DNA from: Corynebacterium glutamicum ATCC 13032
Lineage (GTDB): Bacteria; Actinomycetota; Actinomycetes; Mycobacteriales; Mycobacteriaceae
Direction: 5' to 3'
NCBI RefSeq assembly: GCF_000011325.1
Contig: NC_003450.3
Coordinates: 2,280,001 to 2,312,000, forward strand
Length of the DNA: 32,000 nt
The notes below the pieces were generated by a model, which was not told where the DNA came from, made no database searches, and saw only the letters and a program-made list of their open reading frames with translations. Position 1 is the stretch's first letter; each line of letters opens with the position of its first letter. The position numbers and the translations under genes were made by a program. Positions 26,282 to 32,000 of this stretch are shown piece after piece.

Positions 26282-27625
26282 GTGTTTTCATGTTTAAGAA
26301 AAGGACTCCTGGTTTTGACGAACCCCCAGACAGCACATGCTGCCGCGTCTGACTCCGCATCCCAGAAGGAGGCTCCTAATCCTTCACTCTCCATCACTGT
26401 AGGTATTAAAGATCTGCTGGGGCTGCTTTCAGTTCTTGGCATTGCAGCGGGGCTGATAGCCAACAAGATTCTCATCGAACGCTACAACTGGCGCATCGAT
26501 GCCGCAGTTTACCGCGAAGGCGCGTTAGCGCTGGTCAACGGGGAATCACTGTACGCGCAGCCGTTTGATATGGGTGATATTTCACTACCCTTTATCTACC
26601 CACCGATTGGTGCCATCCTGTTTGCGCCTTGGGGGTACTTTGATTTCATCACAGTTGAACTTGCGGGAAACCTTGTTGTCATAGGCTCATCCCTGCTGTT
26701 ATTACTGTGCCTGTATCTTGTCACCAACGCTGTTCTTAGCGGTCGAGACAAGCTGTTGGCCTTCACCATCGCTGCGATTTCCTGGCCGATCGCTCTCTTT
26801 GCAGAGCCAGTGTTTTTGAACGCTGACTTGGGCCAAATCAACATTTTGATCATGGCTTTGGTTGTCATGGACCTGCTTCCGATTAAGCGCAGAATCCCCC
26901 GAGGTGTCCTGATTGGCCTTGCAGCCGCCATCAAAATCACTCCGCTGGCCATGCTGTTGTATTTCCTGGTGAAGAAGGATTTCCGCGGAATCATCAATGC
27001 GGTGATCTCACTACTTGCCTTCACTGCTATCGGTGCTGTGCTCGCATGGGAAAACACCAAAGAGTTCTTCTCTTCAACCCTTCTCAACTTAAGTGCTGAA
27101 GGCGATTCAGGCGTAGACACCACGTTCCAATCCAACAGCTCGATTCAGGCCATGCTGTATCGCTGGTGGACCTCAAAGGCAGATGCCGAAGCATCCTCAC
27201 TGCCCACCATCTTGTGGATCGTACTGTCCCTGATTGCTGTGGCGGCCGTTGCCTACCTAATGCACCAACTCTTCTCCAGAGGATTGCACGTTGAGGCAGT
27301 CATGGTTAACGCCATGCTCATGCTACTTATCTCCCCCATCTCATGGTCTCACCACTGGGTGTGGCTACCGCTGTGGGCTGTGGTGTTCTTCGTTCGATAC
27401 CGCCAGCACCGCTCTCACCCGAAGTTCTTGTTGTGGAGCGGAGTTATCTTGAGCGTCATGCTGCTGATGCTGCCACCAAAATGGTGGTTTGGCCGCGATG
27501 GCGTCAACGTCTTCGAACTGAATTTCTGGGAGAAACTACTCATCTCTGACTGGACGTGGCTCTCCATCGGGCTCATGATCACCTTGGGTCTTGGGCTGAA
27601 AGCATTTCCCAAAATATCCAAATAG
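26282..27625 (+). CDS. GT87 family mannosyltransferase, paralogue 2 (possibly the MptD-type alpha-1,2 enzyme)
   Basis: A 447 aa ORF with blocks DAAVYREGA, LPFIYPPIGAILF, GQINILIMALVVMD, AAAIKITPLAMLLYF and SPISWSHHWVW. The GTG start is uncertain. The MptD suggestion rests only on my recollection of locus order. Confidence 0.85.
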   Translation: MFSCLRKGLLVLTNPQTAHAAASDSASQKEAPNPSLSITVGIKDLLGLLSVLGIAAGLIANKILIERYNWRIDAAVYREGALALVNGESLYAQPFDMGDISLPFIYPPIGAILFAPWGYFDFITVELAGNLVVIGSSLLLLLCLYLVTNAVLSGRDKLLAFTIAAISWPIALFAEPVFLNADLGQINILIMALVVMDLLPIKRRIPRGVLIGLAAAIKITPLAMLLYFLVKKDFRGIINAVISLLAFTAIGAVLAWENTKEFFSSTLLNLSAEGDSGVDTTFQSNSSIQAMLYRWWTSKADAEASSLPTILWIVLSLIAVAAVAYLMHQLFSRGLHVEAVMVNAMLMLLISPISWSHHWVWLPLWAVVFFVRYRQHRSHPKFLLWSGVILSVMLLMLPPKWWFGRDGVNVFELNFWEKLLISDWTWLSIGLMITLGLGLKAFPKISK

Positions 27626-27630
27626 ATAAA

Positions 27631-27670
27631 GGTGTGGGGGCTGACAACAATTGTTGTCAGCCCCCACACC
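27631..27670. terminator. Bidirectional rho-independent terminator (perfect 40 nt palindrome)
   Basis: GGTGTGGGGGCTGACAACAATTGTTGTCAGCCCCCACACC is flanked by AAATAGATAAA on the left and TATTTTTA on the right. It sits exactly between the convergent stops at 27625 and 27695. Confidence 0.8.
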
Positions 27671-27694
27671 TATTTTTAGAGTTGGTCTAAAAGC

Positions 27695-29131
<1,437 letters not shown>

Positions 29132-29170
29132 TTAAGTTTTCTCCCAACCTATGGAATGGGAGCAGATCGA

Positions 29171-29683
29171 CTAAGAGACGCGATCCCTTTTACCCAAAGG
29201 CAGCGCTGCCATGCACACTTTGAACTTGGCTAAATTATGACGCGCATCAATCAACGCATCGTGGTTGCCGTTCGGCAGCTCTGGCAGCGTTGGGCGGCCA
29301 GCCATGTCCCAATACTGGCGAAGCTCGCGGGTAAAACGAGGGATCTCCCGAGGAAGCCCCGCCATATCGCCCCACATTTGTGCCAACAACACGTGGTCAT
29401 ATGCGCCCACCCAGGCCCACAGTTCAGGGGTTGGTCCGGTGGAGGTGAGAAACTCATAAACTTCGCGCTTTATAGTGTCTGCAGATTTCCACACTTTGGA
29501 GGAAGGATTAGGCAATTTGTCCAACACGTTGGCGCGCACCCAAGCGTTCGCCTTGGAGGAATCAAACTGTGTGCTAACTGCGTAATACTCGCGACCGTCT
29601 TCTGCGACGATTCCAATAGAGACCAATTCGATCGTGCGCCCATCTTCAATGAACTCAGTATCGTAAAAATAACGCACTAGCAA
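29171..29683 (-). CDS. DEDDh-type 3'-5' exoribonuclease (Rv2179c-like, polyadenylate-specific 3'-exoribonuclease AS family)
   Basis: A 170 aa ORF. It has the N-terminal YFYDTEF (DxE), the central AYDHVLL (D), and the C-terminal NHDALIDARH (H...D) acidic/His set. It lies upstream of aroG, as in mycobacteria. Confidence 0.78.
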   Translation of the reverse strand: MLVRYFYDTEFIEDGRTIELVSIGIVAEDGREYYAVSTQFDSSKANAWVRANVLDKLPNPSSKVWKSADTIKREVYEFLTSTGPTPELWAWVGAYDHVLLAQMWGDMAGLPREIPRFTRELRQYWDMAGRPTLPELPNGNHDALIDARHNLAKFKVCMAALPLGKRDRVS

Positions 29684-29817
29684 TTAGTCCTTCACAGCGT
29701 CGAAAACGTCGGTTTGTTGTTCATCGTAGCCGTAAAGCATTGAGCAGTGTCACAAAAGGTCACAAGGTGCACAGCTCAGTTCCTTAAAAACCGCTGGATA
29801 CGGATACACTATTTTTC

Positions 29818-32000
29818 ATGCACGGTGAAAAACTTGTGGATGGCACTGAGGGAAATCTCAGTCAATTCCAATGGCGCGATATGGCTACAAATCAGACGCT
29901 GAGAAAAGCACTGTTAGTGCTTTCTACCATCGCTCTACTCTTGACTTTATGGCCTTCAATTTTCAATGTTCGGGCCATCGAGTCTTTTGTTTTCTTCTTC
30001 CATATTGATACTGACGTGTACCGCGCCGGTGCTAATGCATTCTTGCATGGCGAGAATCTGTATACCCAGGACTACCAAGTTGGTAGCATTCAACTTCCCT
30101 TCACGTACCCACCGATTTCTGCTGCGCTGTTTGTTCCACTTGCAATCCTTGCAAGCAGTGTAGCCGGAATAGCATTAACGCTTATTTCCACGGTGTTGCT
30201 GTGGTGGAGCGTAGCTATCGTCTTGCGCCGAGTGCTCAAGGGTCTCACGGATGCTGATTCCAGGTTTGTGTCCTATTTGATTCTGCCTATGGCATTGTCC
30301 ACGGAACCTGTATTCCAGACCCTGCAGTTTGGCCAGGTCAACATCATTTTGATGGCGCTGGTTCTCATGGATACCTTCACCAAAAAGCCCTGGTTGCCAC
30401 GTGGTTTTTGGATTGGTTTGGCGGCATCCATCAAGCTGACCCCCGCAGTCTTTGGCCTTTACTTCCTAGTGAAGAAGGACTGGAAGGGCGCTGGAGTAGC
30501 AATTGCTTCTGGCGTAGGTTTTTCCGCCTTGGCGTTTATCCTCTCACCTTCAAGTTCCAAGATTTACTGGACTGAAACACTCAACGACCCTTCTCGCATC
30601 GGCAACCTATCTTATATTGCTAACCAATCTGTGCGTGGAACGCTCAGCCGAATGATGCATGAACAGCAGGATCTCGTCGAAAAGCTTTGGCTTGTGGCAG
30701 TTGTCTTGTGCCTTGCCGCTGTCGCCGTCGCCATGTGGCGCGTGGTACGCGCCGGCAACCCGTACGGCGCCGTCATGCTCAACTCGTTGATTGCTCTGCT
30801 GTGCTCCCCTGTTTCATGGTCTCACCACTGGGTATGGCTGATTCCAATCGCTATTGGTTTGGGGGCAAGTGCGTGGAACCAGCGGCGGACTGCTCCAGGA
30901 ATTGCCGCGACGGCTGGAGTCTTGGCGCTTCTGACCACGATTCCGATGTTCATCACAACATTTTGGAACATGCCATACGATTCAGAGTCTTACCCATTTT
31001 GGCCATTGATTCTGCAGCCGTCGGGCAACGCGTATGTAGTAGTGGTCATCGCTATTTTGATCGTCGCGATTGTGAATCCAACAGTTTTGGGCAGTGGCAA
31101 TAAAGCTGTTTCAGGCCAGGCAGAGAAGAAGTCCTCCCCTGCGTTGCTTGTTGTTTTAGCGATTGCCATTTTCTACCTCTTTGCCAATATTTGGTTTAAG
31201 GGAAACAATCAAAACAAAGCGCTCATTCAGTACCCACTGCAGACTATGGAAGGTCGCGGTCTCACTGACTTCGGCGAGCTTATTTTTGAATTCGCGGCTT
31301 CCTCCAACCAGCTTGTTTCCCTCTGGATAATCGGCGCCCTCAACGCCATCGCATTGGCTATTACCCTGTGGTTCCTCCTTCAGCGTTTTGCTGGGAAGAA
31401 GAGCTCCTGGCTGATTTATCTCAGCACCGTGGCTGTTGCGCTGATGATGTTCTCAGTGCAGGATGCCTTGCAGTTTGGTTCGCTGACTCTCGTTGCACTC
31501 GCATTGATCACTGTTGATGTGTTGAGTGTCAGAGAGATTGGCCGCCGCGGGCTGCTCACAGGACTTGCAGCAGCCCTGTTTGGATGGCCAATTCTGATTG
31601 TTATCGGATTCCTCATTCACCGACGTTATGCAGCAACAATCACAACCACTGTCACCGCAGCTGTGCTGTGGATCTTAGGAATTCTGCTCAATCCAGACGC
31701 CTTCAACCTCAACCTGCTGCGTCAATGGTTCAGCGGGCGCGATGGTCGGGACAATTTGTCCTTCTATGCTTTCCTTGCCAGGTGGGTCAGCGAATCCCCA
31801 GTCATGATGTTCGTATGGTTCATCGTCGCCCTAGGACTTGGTGCCTGGGCAATCCACCGCACCTGGTCACATGGATTCAAGGACCTCTCCGCTGCACTGA
31901 GCATCGCACTACCAACCTTGGTGCTCCCCATAGTGGAACTCCACCACCTCGTGCTACTTCTTCCACTGATCGCAGTGTTGCTTCGTCAAGGACGCGTGGC
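29818..32000 (+). CDS. Long open-ended ORF absent from the ORF track: GT87 mannosyltransferase module (paralogue 3, possibly MptC-type) fused in frame to a second, degenerate GT87-like membrane module; the 3' end lies beyond the window
   Basis: I translated frame 1 manually codon by codon from 29788 to 32000. There are no stop codons after the TAA at 29785-29787. Candidate starts are ATG 29818, GTG 29836 and ATG 29881. Module 1 carries DTDVYRAG (30007-30030), LPFTYPP (30094-30114), QFGQVNIILMALVLMD, AASIKLTPAVFGLYF and SWSHHWVW (30814-30837). A GSGNKAVSGQAEKKSSP linker (31090-31140) leads into further TM helices. Confidence 0.8.
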   Translation, partial: MHGEKLVDGTEGNLSQFQWRDMATNQTLRKALLVLSTIALLLTLWPSIFNVRAIESFVFFFHIDTDVYRAGANAFLHGENLYTQDYQVGSIQLPFTYPPISAALFVPLAILASSVAGIALTLISTVLLWWSVAIVLRRVLKGLTDADSRFVSYLILPMALSTEPVFQTLQFGQVNIILMALVLMDTFTKKPWLPRGFWIGLAASIKLTPAVFGLYFLVKKDWKGAGVAIASGVGFSALAFILSPSSSKIYWTETLNDPSRIGNLSYIANQSVRGTLSRMMHEQQDLVEKLWLVAVVLCLAAVAVAMWRVVRAGNPYGAVMLNSLIALLCSPVSWSHHWVWLIPIAIGLGASAWNQRRTAPGIAATAGVLALLTTIPMFITTFWNMPYDSESYPFWPLILQPSGNAYVVVVIAILIVAIVNPTVLGSGNKAVSGQAEKKSSPALLVVLAIAIFYLFANIWFKGNNQNKALIQYPLQTMEGRGLTDFGELIFEFAASSNQLVSLWIIGALNAIALAITLWFLLQRFAGKKSSWLIYLSTVAVALMMFSVQDALQFGSLTLVALALITVDVLSVREIGRRGLLTGLAAALFGWPILIVIGFLIHRRYAATITTTVTAAVLWILGILLNPDAFNLNLLRQWFSGRDGRDNLSFYAFLARWVSESPVMMFVWFIVALGLGAWAIHRTWSHGFKDLSAALSIALPTLVLPIVELHHLVLLLPLIAVLLRQGRV

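Noticed and set aside
25319-27135. Minus-strand ORFs of 177 aa (25319-25852) and 179 aa (26596-27135) opposite the GT87 genes
   Set aside because: These are antisense shadows of membrane-protein genes whose plus-strand translation shows conserved family blocks and TM helices.
29966-31103. Track ORFs 29966-30163 (65 aa) and 30687-31103 (138 aa)
   Set aside because: Both are out of frame relative to the long frame-1 ORF, which carries clear GT87 motifs. Their translations are Cys/Arg-rich nonsense.

Overview
This window looks like ordinary actinobacterial core chromosome. By recall of protein sequences and gene order it is Corynebacterium glutamicum or a very close relative; I ran no search.

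Positions 1-15805 (minus strand) hold the complete division/cell-wall (dcw) cluster: mraZ-rsmH-ftsL-ftsI-murE-murF-mraY-murD-ftsW-murG-murC-ftsQ, plus the first 72 codons of ftsZ. The genes are tightly packed, and several stop and start codons overlap.

A roughly 700 bp gap poor in ORFs lies upstream of mraZ (15806-16509). It carries a strongly over-represented GTGGG / AAGTGGGG motif in two oppositely oriented arrays.

The rest follows the order of the M. tuberculosis Rv2169c-Rv2181 neighbourhood, as I recall it:
- a DUF3040 membrane protein, a small HEPN-like protein and a GNAT acetyltransferase
- metF, then idsA-mptA
- an Rv2175c-like DNA-binding protein divergent from pknL (five PASTA repeats)
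- three GT87-type polyprenol-phosphate-mannose mannosyltransferase paralogues interleaved with aroG (class II DAHP synthase) and a DEDDh 3'-exoribonuclease

The most notable points:
1. The ORF track omits a long plus-strand ORF from 29818 to the window end (at least 727 codons, no stop). It reads as a GT87 module fused in frame to a second, degenerate GT87-like module.
2. MraZ-operator-like GTGGG repeats with 10 bp phasing sit upstream of mraZ, with a second array in the opposite orientation about 300 bp further upstream.
3. pknL is coupled to the first GT87 gene by a TAGTG stop/start overlap.

I saw no rRNA, tRNA, CRISPR array, IS element, prophage or integrase signature, and no obvious compositional break by eye. 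I do not see convincing evidence for a novel defence or mobile system.

The ORF-track starts are maximal extents using ATG/GTG/TTG, so several true starts are probably downstream; these are noted per feature.
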